This document shows, one piece after another, positions 8,333-17,308 of a stretch of DNA of 32,796 bases (its first letter is position 1; each line of letters opens with the position of its first letter). Origin of the DNA: an uncultured Acidobacteriota bacterium (GTDB taxonomy: Bacteria; Acidobacteriota; Vicinamibacteria; Vicinamibacterales; UBA8438); contig CAJWLU010000031.1 in assembly GCA_913043225.1 (NCBI GenBank), positions 1-32,796 of the forward strand. Reading direction: 5' to 3'. The notes under the pieces are model-generated. The model had not been told where the DNA came from. It did not search any database and saw only the letters and a list, made by a program, of their open reading frames with translations. A program made the position numbers and the translations under genes.

Positions 8333-9514
8333 ATGACAGTCTTCGCCCAGTCCGCACCCGCCGCGTTCGCGCCTGACGTTCGTGCGTCCAGCGCTAACAT
8401 CGCCGTGCCTTGGCACCTCTGGGCCGTGGCGTTCGCCTCAACGAGCGTCATGATCGGAGTGATCTGGGACATCTCGTGGCACCGCACCATCGGTCGGGAC
8501 ACATTCTGGACCCCGGCCCACCTAGCCATCTACCTCGGCGGCACCGTGGCCGGTCTGGCCTGCGGCTGGCTGGTCCTCCGCACCACCTTCGCCGGATCGG
8601 TTAAGGAAAAGGCCGCCGGGGTGACCTTCTGGGGGTTCCGCGGCCCGCTTGGCGCTTGGGTCTGTATCTGGGGCTCTCTGGCGATGATCACCTCGGCCCC
8701 GCTCGACGACTGGTGGCACAACGCGTATGGGCTCGACGTCCAGATTCTGAGTCCGCCCCACGCCGTCCTCGCCGCCGGCATCCTGTCGATCCAGATCGGC
8801 GCCATGCTGATAGCGCTGGCCCAGCAGAACACCGCCGGCGAAAAGAGCCGCACTAGGCAGCTCCTCTTCTTGTACTCGGGCGGGGTCTTCACGGTCATGC
8901 TGGCCACCCTCGGCACCGAAGAGATCGCGTTCGCCAACAGCCACCACGGGAACATCTTCTTCGTGGCCACGGCGCTCATGTTCCCGCCCGTACTGGTGGC
9001 CATCTCACGGAGTGCGATCGGCCCCTGGGGCGCCACCACGGCCGCAGCCGTCTACATGGGCGCGACGATGCTCATGATCTGGATTCTCCAGCTCTTCCCA
9101 GCGCAGCCGATGCTGGCGCCGATCCTGCGACAGGTCGACCAGATGGTGCCGCCGCCGTTTCCGCTGCTCCTGGTGGTAGCCGGAGTGGGGGTCGACCTGG
9201 TACTCCGTCACCTGCCGGACCACGCGGGTCGGCCTCGGCAATGGACTACGGCGGTCGTCGCCGGGCTGGCGGGGATGGCGGCCTTCGGTCTCGCCCAGTG
9301 GTTGTTCGCCGAGTTTCTGCTGTCGCCCGGGGCGCGAAATTTCTTCTTCGCCGCCGATCAGTGGGACTACAACACGGTGCCCGGAAACTGGCAATACGAG
9401 TTTCGAGCCTCACCCCTTACTGGCGCCGGCCTGGTCCTAGCGGCTGTCGTCGCCGCCGCCACCTCGCTCGGCGGCCTGGGCTGGGGCAACTGGATGAGCC
9501 GCGTCCGGAGATAG
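8333..9514 (+). CDS. Polytopic membrane protein with two PmoC/AmoC-like metal-binding motifs
   Basis: About 10-11 hydrophobic segments; WDISWHRTIGRDTFWTPAH and LDDWWHNAYGLDVQILSPPH. Confidence 0.8.
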   Translation: MTVFAQSAPAAFAPDVRASSANIAVPWHLWAVAFASTSVMIGVIWDISWHRTIGRDTFWTPAHLAIYLGGTVAGLACGWLVLRTTFAGSVKEKAAGVTFWGFRGPLGAWVCIWGSLAMITSAPLDDWWHNAYGLDVQILSPPHAVLAAGILSIQIGAMLIALAQQNTAGEKSRTRQLLFLYSGGVFTVMLATLGTEEIAFANSHHGNIFFVATALMFPPVLVAISRSAIGPWGATTAAAVYMGATMLMIWILQLFPAQPMLAPILRQVDQMVPPPFPLLLVVAGVGVDLVLRHLPDHAGRPRQWTTAVVAGLAGMAAFGLAQWLFAEFLLSPGARNFFFAADQWDYNTVPGNWQYEFRASPLTGAGLVLAAVVAAATSLGGLGWGNWMSRVRR

Positions 9515-10983
9515 TGGTGCTGCGACGGACCGTCCGATTACTGGTTCTGGCTGTCGCCGGACTGGCAGCCTCGGCGCACGTCGGCACCTCGAACGCCTTG
9601 TTCGAAGGCACCGCCGGCCCCTACGGTGTCCGGGTCATCATCCGCACCCCCGGCGTCATCCCGGGCTTGGCCCAGATCTCGGTGCGCATCACCAAAGGCG
9701 CGGGGGTCGAGCAGGTGACGGTCCGTCCATTGCGCGCGGACGTGGGTCTCGAAGGAGCGCCGCCCCCCGACATCGCCCGCGCGGTCGACGGCGCCCCCCC
9801 CCTCTACGACGCCGAGCTCTGGCTGATGACACCCGGCTCCTACAGCGTGCACGTCGAGGTCAGCGGTACAGAGGGCGCAGGGACGGCATTTGTCCCGGTG
9901 CTCGCCGTGGCCGAGCGTCGGCTGCCGATGTCCTTTGGGATGGGGGCCACCCTACTCGGGGCCGGCCTGATTCTGTTTTGGGGCGCCATCACCATCGTCG
10001 GCGCGGCCGTGCGGGAAAGCGTGCTGCCGCCCGGCGACGACCCAGACCGTCGCCGGCGTGTACGGGCGCGGGTGGTAATGGGCGTCGGCACGATCACCTT
10101 GGTGCTCCTCCTCTGGGGCGGATGGGCCTGGTGGGACGTGGTCGACGCGGCCTACCGCAACCGCATGTACCGGCCGCTCGAAACCTCGACCTCGCTACAG
10201 GATAGCCCGGCCGGAAGAATCACACTTCGGCTGACCATCGACGACCCGGCCTGGCGCGGGCGGGAGTGGACTCCGCTGCTGCCCGACCACGGCAAGCTGA
10301 TGCACATGTTCCTGATCAAGGACGAAGACCTCGGGGCATTCGCCCACGTGCACCCGATCCCCCACAATGACGGCAGGTCGTTCGACGTGCCGTTCCCGCC
10401 GCTGCCGGCAGGCACTTACCGAGTCTACGGCGATATCGTCTTCGAGTCTGGCTTCGCGCAAACGCTGGTTGACGAGGTAGCCGTGCCGAACCGTCCGACG
10501 GAAACGGCCGACGGACGAGATCCTGACGACTCGTGGGCCGAGCTAAAACCTCGCGGCACCCAGGAATCAGCCTACGTCCTGCCCAGCGGCCGCAAGATGC
10601 GATGGGAACGAAACTCCGCGGCCGCGGTCACGGACGAAGAGACCACTCTCAGGTTCACGCTGACCGAACCCGATGGCCGCCCCTCTGTGCTCGAGCCATA
10701 CATGGGCATGCTGAGCCATGCAGTCGTCACCCGTGACGATGGCAGCGTCTTCATCCATCTCCATCCCAGCGGGAACATCAATATGGCTGCCCAGCAACGG
10801 TTCGAAGCGGCCGAGGGCACGGGGCAAGGGACCATGCAGGGCATGATGCACGGCGACGCGACCAGCAGCGTCAGCTTCCCGTTCGTCTTCCCATCACCTG
10901 GCGCCTACCGCGTCTTCGTACAGGTACGCGTCGACGGCCAGGTCGAGACCGCCGCGTTCGACCTCGACGTCGGTCCGGAGTAA
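9514..10983 (+). CDS. Exported, membrane-anchored His-rich putative copper/metal-binding protein
   Basis: GTG at 9514 overlaps the upstream TAG; signal peptide ends ASA|H; beta-rich domain, two TM helices, then two related domains with DHGKLMH...AHVHP and YMGMLSH...IHLHP. Confidence 0.8.
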   Translation: MVLRRTVRLLVLAVAGLAASAHVGTSNALFEGTAGPYGVRVIIRTPGVIPGLAQISVRITKGAGVEQVTVRPLRADVGLEGAPPPDIARAVDGAPPLYDAELWLMTPGSYSVHVEVSGTEGAGTAFVPVLAVAERRLPMSFGMGATLLGAGLILFWGAITIVGAAVRESVLPPGDDPDRRRRVRARVVMGVGTITLVLLLWGGWAWWDVVDAAYRNRMYRPLETSTSLQDSPAGRITLRLTIDDPAWRGREWTPLLPDHGKLMHMFLIKDEDLGAFAHVHPIPHNDGRSFDVPFPPLPAGTYRVYGDIVFESGFAQTLVDEVAVPNRPTETADGRDPDDSWAELKPRGTQESAYVLPSGRKMRWERNSAAAVTDEETTLRFTLTEPDGRPSVLEPYMGMLSHAVVTRDDGSVFIHLHPSGNINMAAQQRFEAAEGTGQGTMQGMMHGDATSSVSFPFVFPSPGAYRVFVQVRVDGQVETAAFDLDVGPE

Positions 10984-11101
10984 CGGTCCTGGGCCGCAGA
11001 CCCAAAGGGAAACCAGAGGGTATGCCGAACTTCACGCCATCTTCCGCCTCGGCGCAGCACTCAATGTGCTTTAGTGACAGGTCAGGACGGGGAAGAACAT
11101 G

Positions 11102-11130
11102 AATGGCGGTGAGGCAGCGGTTCGAACCCT
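11102..11130 (-). repeat. att-like direct repeat: copy of the tRNA-Ser 3' end
   Basis: aatggcggtgaggcagCgGttcgaaccct versus 22519-22547 aatggcggtgaggcagGgAttcgaaccct: 27/29 identical, same orientation. Confidence 0.85.
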
Positions 11131-11176
11131 AACGAAGCAATCACGATAAATCCTTACAGGACCTTCCAGAGCAAAC

Positions 11177-14100
11177 ATGACTACAAGTGGATACCACCTC
11201 GGAATCAATATGGGGCACGACCGCTCAGTGGCCGTCGTCCAGGACGGCAAGGTCATCGTTGCCATCGAGCAAGAACGCCTAGACCGCATCAAACACAGCG
11301 TGGGTTTCATGCTGCAGTCGCCTGACGCGATGGGGCAAATCCAGGTTCCCGGCGAAAGCATCACATATTGCCTTGACCACCTTGGTTTGAAGCTTAGTGA
11401 TGTGGCAACGATCACTCCAAACATGCCCGGCGTTGATCTGGCACCACAAATCGTGCGCGGTAAATTTTCTCGGGACTTAAAGTCAAAGGTCCGCACGGTT
11501 CCGAGTCACCACTTAGCGCATGCCTATTCAGCTTACTGGCCGAGCGGGTTTGACGAATCACTGGTGCTGGTCGTGGATGCTAGCGGTAGCACCTCCAAGA
11601 ACTCGGAAGGTCGTTTTACAGAGTCCTACACGCTTTACGAGGGGCGGGGCGGAAAGTTAAGGGCACTTCACTGTGAGCAGGTCCGCGCCCACTTAGCGGC
11701 GCTGTCAACACTCGGTTTTGTGTATGAGACCGTGTCGCGTCGTGCCGGCTTCGTGACAAATTTGAACTCTGGCTTGAGTTTCCCAGAGGCCGGCAAGTTA
11801 ATGGGTTTAGCTGCTTATGGAGGACCACAGCCCAACTGGGAGCCCTGGTTCACTAAAGCAGACGACCCCTACAAGATTAACCTCTCAGCCTACGACATTT
11901 TCCTGGAGATGGCGGCTCTCGAGAAGCGCTACGATGATGATCTAGGAAAGCCATACTTCCGCCCCTGGCTCGTTGATCTTGCTTATAAGGTTCAGGCTGA
12001 GCTTGAGCACGTTCTTTGCCAGTTGGTCCGTGATGCCTGCGCGACGACGGGCCTCAAGAAGCTCTGTATCGCTGGGGGTGTCGGCCTCAACTCTGTTGCT
12101 AACTACAAGATCCTCCGCGACTGCACGCTGGAGGACATCTTCACTTTTCCAGCAGCAGCCGACAACGGCATCGCCGTTGGCTGTGCATTGTGGGCTTACC
12201 ACAGCGAGGGCGGGGAACAACGAGAGCCTTTGGGTTCTGCCTGTTTCGGTCGGAGTTACTCGGCGGACGAGGTCGACCGCGCGCTGGCAACGTTCAAAGA
12301 CCTCGTGACAGCGGAAAAGCACGACACTAACGGTATGGTGCGTCAGGTGGGAGAGGCACTGTCGAAGGGCCACATCGTCGCCCGCTTCGAGAGTGGCTCG
12401 GAGTTTGGTCCCAGAGCATTAGGACACCGTTCGATCCTCGCTGACCCGACTTTCGGCCGTATGAAGGACGTCGTTAATGCTCGGGTCAAGTTCCGAGAAG
12501 CTTTTCGGCCTTTTGCGCCCTTCGTTCCACTAGACCGGGCCAATGAGGTCTTTGACCTTAGTTCACCGTCGCCCTACATGCTCTTGGTTGCCCCGGTCCG
12601 AGAGCACTTCCGCGATGACTTACCAGCCATCACTCACGAGGATGGGACTGGGCGAGTGCAAACGTGCACGCCAGATCAGGATCCGTTTTTCCACGCCCTC
12701 TGTCTGGAGGTTGAGGCAAGGCGAGGTGGCGTGCCTGTGCTGTTGAACACCAGTTTCAACGTGGCCGGCCAACCCATCGTGGAAACCCCTGAAGAGGCCA
12801 TTGAAACGTTCCTCCGTACCGATATTGACTTTCTTGCTCTTGGCGACCGCTGGATCACCAGGACACACCAACTAGTCAAGAACTACGACGAGCATATAGA
12901 AGACCTTGAGATCGAGCCTCGGCCTAATGGCCTCAAGCCCGGCCAACCCAGCGTCCTCCCTTTAATGAAGGAACTCGATGCCGCAATCTTCCTCGGGCGC
13001 CAGAGCCGCTACTGGAGTGACGCAGAGGTGGCCGCACTGTCGGCAAAGGGGGCACGTTTCAAGGAGACCAGCCGATTGTTCCCAGATGCGGACCTACTCT
13101 GCCCATTACGTACACAGGTTGGCATCGATGCAACTTTAATCATCGATCCGATTGGTGGGTCACTGTTAATCGACGAGACAGCGAAACACGCCGATGTCGA
13201 CCTCGACCGCGACCGCCTAGAAACACTCCTTGCCTTAAAGCCTGATTCGCATGTGCAGCGTGAGGCGTTACGGGTCAAGCTACGAGCCACCCCTGCGGAG
13301 ATTGAAGACCTCGTCGCTGAGATGACCACCGTCATGAAGCGTTTCGGCATCCCTGTTCATGCTTCCTGGCAGGAGGAGTCCAGCTCCGCTCCTGTGGCGC
13401 TCGCCTCTGCCTCTACCTCTGATGGAAGGACCTTGGAAGCTTTTGCCAACGGTGCTTTCCGCATCGACCAGCGGTTGCGCCGTATTCGTCGTGCCATCAT
13501 TGGCCACGGCTACGACGAAGCCACAATCATTCAGTTGCTCTCACTTGGCTCTCTACAAGCCATTGAGCCGACGCAACTCCATTACTACGATACTTACGTC
13601 TTACCAGAGAACGCCCTCGGCGATCTCATCCGTCTCTTTCAGCTCCGTTCCAGTGTGCCGAGACAGCGCGTAGAAGACATATTTAATGTAGAGGACGTGC
13701 AATTACTTGAGTCACTGGGACTTCTTGCTGACGAGGGAGAGACGCTGCGTGGCTGCGTAGATCTATTTTGCTCAGGCGGCCTTCTCTTCGCTACAGATCA
13801 TCGCTATCTGATTCGGGACGGAGACTACTTGAATGAGGACCCGGTAATGTATATCGGCATGGATAGCCATGGCCTGGTGCAGACCGCGCCACAACAGCAC
13901 TGCGATCGAGTGCTTGATCTATGCTGTGGTTCCGGTGTGCAAGGATTAGTGGCCAGCCGCTATGCTCGCCAGGTCACCGCGGTGGACCTCAATCCGCGTG
14001 CTGTGCGTTTTGCTCGGTTCAACGCACAGTTGAACGGTATTACCAACTTTGAGGTCCGCCACGGAAGCCTCTATGAAGTGGTAGCCGGGGAGACATTCGA

Positions 14101-14974
14101 CTGCATTTTAGCAAATCCACCCTTCGTGCCAAGTCCGGATGAATCGTTGAAGTTTAGAGACGGCGGAACCGGTGGCGAAAATATTCTCCGGGCCATCATT
14201 GAAGGCAGCGGTGAACACCTCGCACTTGAAGGTCGGCTGTGTATCGTAACGGACTTGGTCGATGCTGACCGCTACGAGGCAAAGCTCAGAGTCTGGATGG
14301 GCGAGACCGCTTGTTACGGCTTGATCCTGACCACGGCGGACCGTAACGAGAGTCTGTTCTCGGTTCCGCACTGCCATGCACCATTTGGGCAGTCCTTTGA
14401 GGACTACAATGGCGAACTTGGCCGCTGGATCGACAATTTTCGTAGCAGTAGTCTGCATGCCGTCAATTTCGGCTACATCCTAATTTGGCGAAGACCCAAG
14501 AGCGGGTCTAGTGACATCACCAAACGGACAATCCACAATCCGTCGTCACCCATCTGGGAACAGGTGCAAGGCTGGGTCGAACAGCGTCGGTTGTGGGACA
14601 GTGAAGAAGCGAACTCGATGGTGCTTGCCTTACATCCAGACGTACGGATGGTGACTAAGGAAACACCTGGCGGGGAAGAAAAGAGTTGCGAACTGCACCT
14701 CGGTAACAATCCGTTCTTCACGACCTATGCTGTGAGCACAGCCATTGCCGATGAACTGAGACACATTTACGTTTCTCAGCCAACTCTGATGGACCGTCTT
14801 AGCTCGCCAGACGCCGACTGGGTGGAGAACCTGCACCGCAAGGGCGTGTTGCGACTGACAACCGCGCGCCGTCCGCTGAGGGCCCGGCAACAGGCGGCAG
14901 GCAAGGGTGCAAACGGGATTAAAGAACACGCCACAAAAACGACACCAACATGTCTCTCAAGCTATCTCAGGTGA
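11177..14974 (+). CDS. CmcH/NodU-family carbamoyltransferase fused to a class I SAM-dependent (NPPF, HemK/MTS-like) methyltransferase
   Basis: GHDRSVAV..EQERLDRIKH, HHLAHAYSA, GKLMGLAAYG, EFGPRALGHRSIL, KFREAFRPFAP, LLNTSFN; then VLDLCCGSG and ILANPPFVP, all in one 1265-aa frame. Confidence 0.9.
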   Translation: MTTSGYHLGINMGHDRSVAVVQDGKVIVAIEQERLDRIKHSVGFMLQSPDAMGQIQVPGESITYCLDHLGLKLSDVATITPNMPGVDLAPQIVRGKFSRDLKSKVRTVPSHHLAHAYSAYWPSGFDESLVLVVDASGSTSKNSEGRFTESYTLYEGRGGKLRALHCEQVRAHLAALSTLGFVYETVSRRAGFVTNLNSGLSFPEAGKLMGLAAYGGPQPNWEPWFTKADDPYKINLSAYDIFLEMAALEKRYDDDLGKPYFRPWLVDLAYKVQAELEHVLCQLVRDACATTGLKKLCIAGGVGLNSVANYKILRDCTLEDIFTFPAAADNGIAVGCALWAYHSEGGEQREPLGSACFGRSYSADEVDRALATFKDLVTAEKHDTNGMVRQVGEALSKGHIVARFESGSEFGPRALGHRSILADPTFGRMKDVVNARVKFREAFRPFAPFVPLDRANEVFDLSSPSPYMLLVAPVREHFRDDLPAITHEDGTGRVQTCTPDQDPFFHALCLEVEARRGGVPVLLNTSFNVAGQPIVETPEEAIETFLRTDIDFLALGDRWITRTHQLVKNYDEHIEDLEIEPRPNGLKPGQPSVLPLMKELDAAIFLGRQSRYWSDAEVAALSAKGARFKETSRLFPDADLLCPLRTQVGIDATLIIDPIGGSLLIDETAKHADVDLDRDRLETLLALKPDSHVQREALRVKLRATPAEIEDLVAEMTTVMKRFGIPVHASWQEESSSAPVALASASTSDGRTLEAFANGAFRIDQRLRRIRRAIIGHGYDEATIIQLLSLGSLQAIEPTQLHYYDTYVLPENALGDLIRLFQLRSSVPRQRVEDIFNVEDVQLLESLGLLADEGETLRGCVDLFCSGGLLFATDHRYLIRDGDYLNEDPVMYIGMDSHGLVQTAPQQHCDRVLDLCCGSGVQGLVASRYARQVTAVDLNPRAVRFARFNAQLNGITNFEVRHGSLYEVVAGETFDCILANPPFVPSPDESLKFRDGGTGGENILRAIIEGSGEHLALEGRLCIVTDLVDADRYEAKLRVWMGETACYGLILTTADRNESLFSVPHCHAPFGQSFEDYNGELGRWIDNFRSSSLHAVNFGYILIWRRPKSGSSDITKRTIHNPSSPIWEQVQGWVEQRRLWDSEEANSMVLALHPDVRMVTKETPGGEEKSCELHLGNNPFFTTYAVSTAIADELRHIYVSQPTLMDRLSSPDADWVENLHRKGVLRLTTARRPLRARQQAAGKGANGIKEHATKTTPTCLSSYLR

Positions 14975-15522
14975 GTAGGACGGAGCAGAACCACGTGCCT
15001 TACAGCCGAATCCTCGGCCTCGGCCATGCCTGCGACCTGCTCTTGGCGAGACTACCGACCCTCTATCTTCACAGCTGAATTGTAAGTCCTGAGGTTCACA
15101 TGTGTGCCTGCACGTCGTTCGGCGATACTTCGAGGCCTTCGGCGTCCATGGCCCGGAGATTGTATTGCTCCTCGGCGTGTCCCAACACGGCGACGGTTAG
15201 CGGGGGCCTGGGAAAATATTGAGGTTGGGAAGGGTCGCCAAGATCAGCACCTCTGATCCATGGGTCATCTCATCTTGGTTCCCGAGCACCTCACTAGACG
15301 CATCAGACCCCACGTGCCTCACCGCTGGGTGCGTGACTGCTCAGTCGAGACCGAGGCGTTTCCTTCGTCGCTCTACTCGGGCGTCATCGAAGGCTGTGGC
15401 GCCGCACAAACACCGAGGCTCTGACGAGAACCAGGAGGAAAAAGGCTAACGCAGGTGTCAACACGTGGCTGTTGGTTACAGAACAGAGTATCTTCACCGC
15501 CGGCGCAGAAACCACACCGCCA

Positions 15523-17307
15523 TTAACAGTGGTGATACGTCGTTGATGACACAAGATCACGCTTCGCAGAAAATTCCCGGGCGACCACTTCCGCCCAGTC
15601 AGCCCTGCAATAACCGTAATCTCGAACAAAATCTTCTCTTACCCGTTGTACTGCATCATTGCGCCACCAAGTTTGGACATTCTCAAGGCCTCCATTCAGG
15701 ACTTCCGCTGTCTCCCTGGCGCTGGAGCGAAACATACCAACATCTTCCATCGCATCAACGTGCCTATTCGCCTCGTCTCTCAATGGCCACAGACTTCTGT
15801 CCCAGAACAGTATTGTCGGGATGTTCAATATCAATGCCTCAATCATAGAAGTTATACAGTGATCAATTACTACAACTTCAGACCCTTTCATTGCATCTAA
15901 TGCGGGTTGGGTGCAATCAAATGTGAGTTCCGGATACTTCTTCCGCATTCCCGCTTCATCTTCCCTACCGTAAGAGCTCGGGTATAGACGCACGACGGTC
16001 TCTCTCCTCAGTGCCGTGGTCAAGCTCGAAACGAATGTGGTCCGATCGAAGTCATAAGCTTTCTTCCACGTACCTAAAGACGAAAACCGTAGTCGATACA
16101 AACTGGAGGAGCTCGATACAAATAAGAGTCGACCCTTTCTCTGACGGACACCAACCGTTCTCACTTTCAACTTTGGCCGTGGGAGATTCATTACCTTCGA
16201 CTTCTTTCCGCCTCCCCATCCCCACGCATAATAACGACTCGTGATCGCACGTTCATGCTCTTCATGAGGGAAACACTGGGCCATTCCATAACCACCGCCG
16301 TGTTGCATTCCACGCAGTTCGGTACCACTCTCCGCTGCTTCAGCCGCATACAACTTGAAGTGTTCACTGCCGAAGTAACCAACCGACGAAATTATCGTCT
16401 CCGGAAACGGCTTCTTCCCGGCTAAAGATTTTGCTCTTGCTTCCTTGTAATTCTCTAAATAGAGAGACGGCAAGTAAAGCGCGGTGAGCTCAAGAGCTAG
16501 CCTCAAAAACTCATCTCCGTGGGCTCCAGCTCCTAGTTGCTCCCTCAAGGCCCCATCTCTTACTGCCTCACTCACAAGCGATGTCATCGGCCTGAAACTC
16601 ATCGGGCGGATTTGGCCCTTCGCCGATCGTAATAACCTCACTACGTCTGCAACCGTCCAATAAAGCCGATATATACCGACCTTGCCCTCCGGATAGATCA
16701 GCTTTGCGAGTGCCCTGTCCCATACGACGGTCCCGTATTCATTCCACAAGGACCTGATGCCTGGCACACGACGCACACTCTGGCTGACCTCGTTTCTTTG
16801 TTCAAGAGCATGGGCTTTCTCCTCAACAACGACCATCGAAGGCAGTCGCATTCGTTCAATCAGCTCACCGAACATCTGCAAGTTAAAGCCATCTCGCTGC
16901 AGAGCACTTTTCTGCTCTGAGTGGTCCGCAGGATACACATAGAGGCTCTTCCTCATCACGGCAACCGTAGTTACCCTATTCTCGCCAAAAGCGTGCCTCA
17001 GGTAGCAGTAGCGATCATAGAGTGAGTGAATATGATGCAACAGCCACGGACCGACCACAATCCGCCAATACAGGTCACTGTGAGAAGACCCGTGAATTCC
17101 ATTCAGCGCCTTCGCTATGCTCTTTAATGACTGCTCGTAATAGTCATTCGCAGATCGGCAAGCTTGATCGAATGCCTCAGCGTCTGGCCAAGGCGGGTCC
17201 ATCAATTCTCCCAGTCCTTCACTCAATGGATCACACCATTCGCCGACCAATAGCCTAGCCCCATCTTCAGGCCAATAGCGCTGATCAGCTGTTAAAGCCA
17301 GAAACAC
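15523..17307 (-). CDS. LIC12162-family putative transferase (surface polysaccharide locus)
   Basis: FLALTAD...GEWC, LNGIHG...YWRIVVGPWL, QHGGGYG, YAWGW, EALILNIPTILFW; GTG at 17307 directly follows the upstream stop. Confidence 0.8.
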   Translation of the reverse strand: MFLALTADQRYWPEDGARLLVGEWCDPLSEGLGELMDPPWPDAEAFDQACRSANDYYEQSLKSIAKALNGIHGSSHSDLYWRIVVGPWLLHHIHSLYDRYCYLRHAFGENRVTTVAVMRKSLYVYPADHSEQKSALQRDGFNLQMFGELIERMRLPSMVVVEEKAHALEQRNEVSQSVRRVPGIRSLWNEYGTVVWDRALAKLIYPEGKVGIYRLYWTVADVVRLLRSAKGQIRPMSFRPMTSLVSEAVRDGALREQLGAGAHGDEFLRLALELTALYLPSLYLENYKEARAKSLAGKKPFPETIISSVGYFGSEHFKLYAAEAAESGTELRGMQHGGGYGMAQCFPHEEHERAITSRYYAWGWGGGKKSKVMNLPRPKLKVRTVGVRQRKGRLLFVSSSSSLYRLRFSSLGTWKKAYDFDRTTFVSSLTTALRRETVVRLYPSSYGREDEAGMRKKYPELTFDCTQPALDAMKGSEVVVIDHCITSMIEALILNIPTILFWDRSLWPLRDEANRHVDAMEDVGMFRSSARETAEVLNGGLENVQTWWRNDAVQRVREDFVRDYGYCRADWAEVVAREFSAKRDLVSSTTYHHC

Positions 17308-17308
17308 A

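Noticed and set aside
9241..9513. N-terminal extension of the 580-aa ORF from ATG 9241
   Set aside because: It overlaps the upstream membrane gene by about 270 nt and reads as Arg-rich shadow sequence; the signal peptide begins at the coupled GTG 9514.
8333..10983. Calling the pair a bona fide pmoCAB/amoCAB operon
   Set aside because: There is no separate PmoA and no recognisable PmoB sequence similarity; only metal motifs and topology match, so no gene symbol or methane/ammonia oxidation is claimed.
15097..15205. Minus-strand fragment containing VLGH as a possible tyrosine integrase remnant
   Set aside because: It lacks the HxxR motif and the properly spaced catalytic Tyr context; not supportable.
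15315..15325. 11-nt inverted match (tgcctcaccgc) to the tRNA-Ser 3' end inside the island
   Set aside because: Too short and in the wrong orientation for a tandem att site; may be chance.
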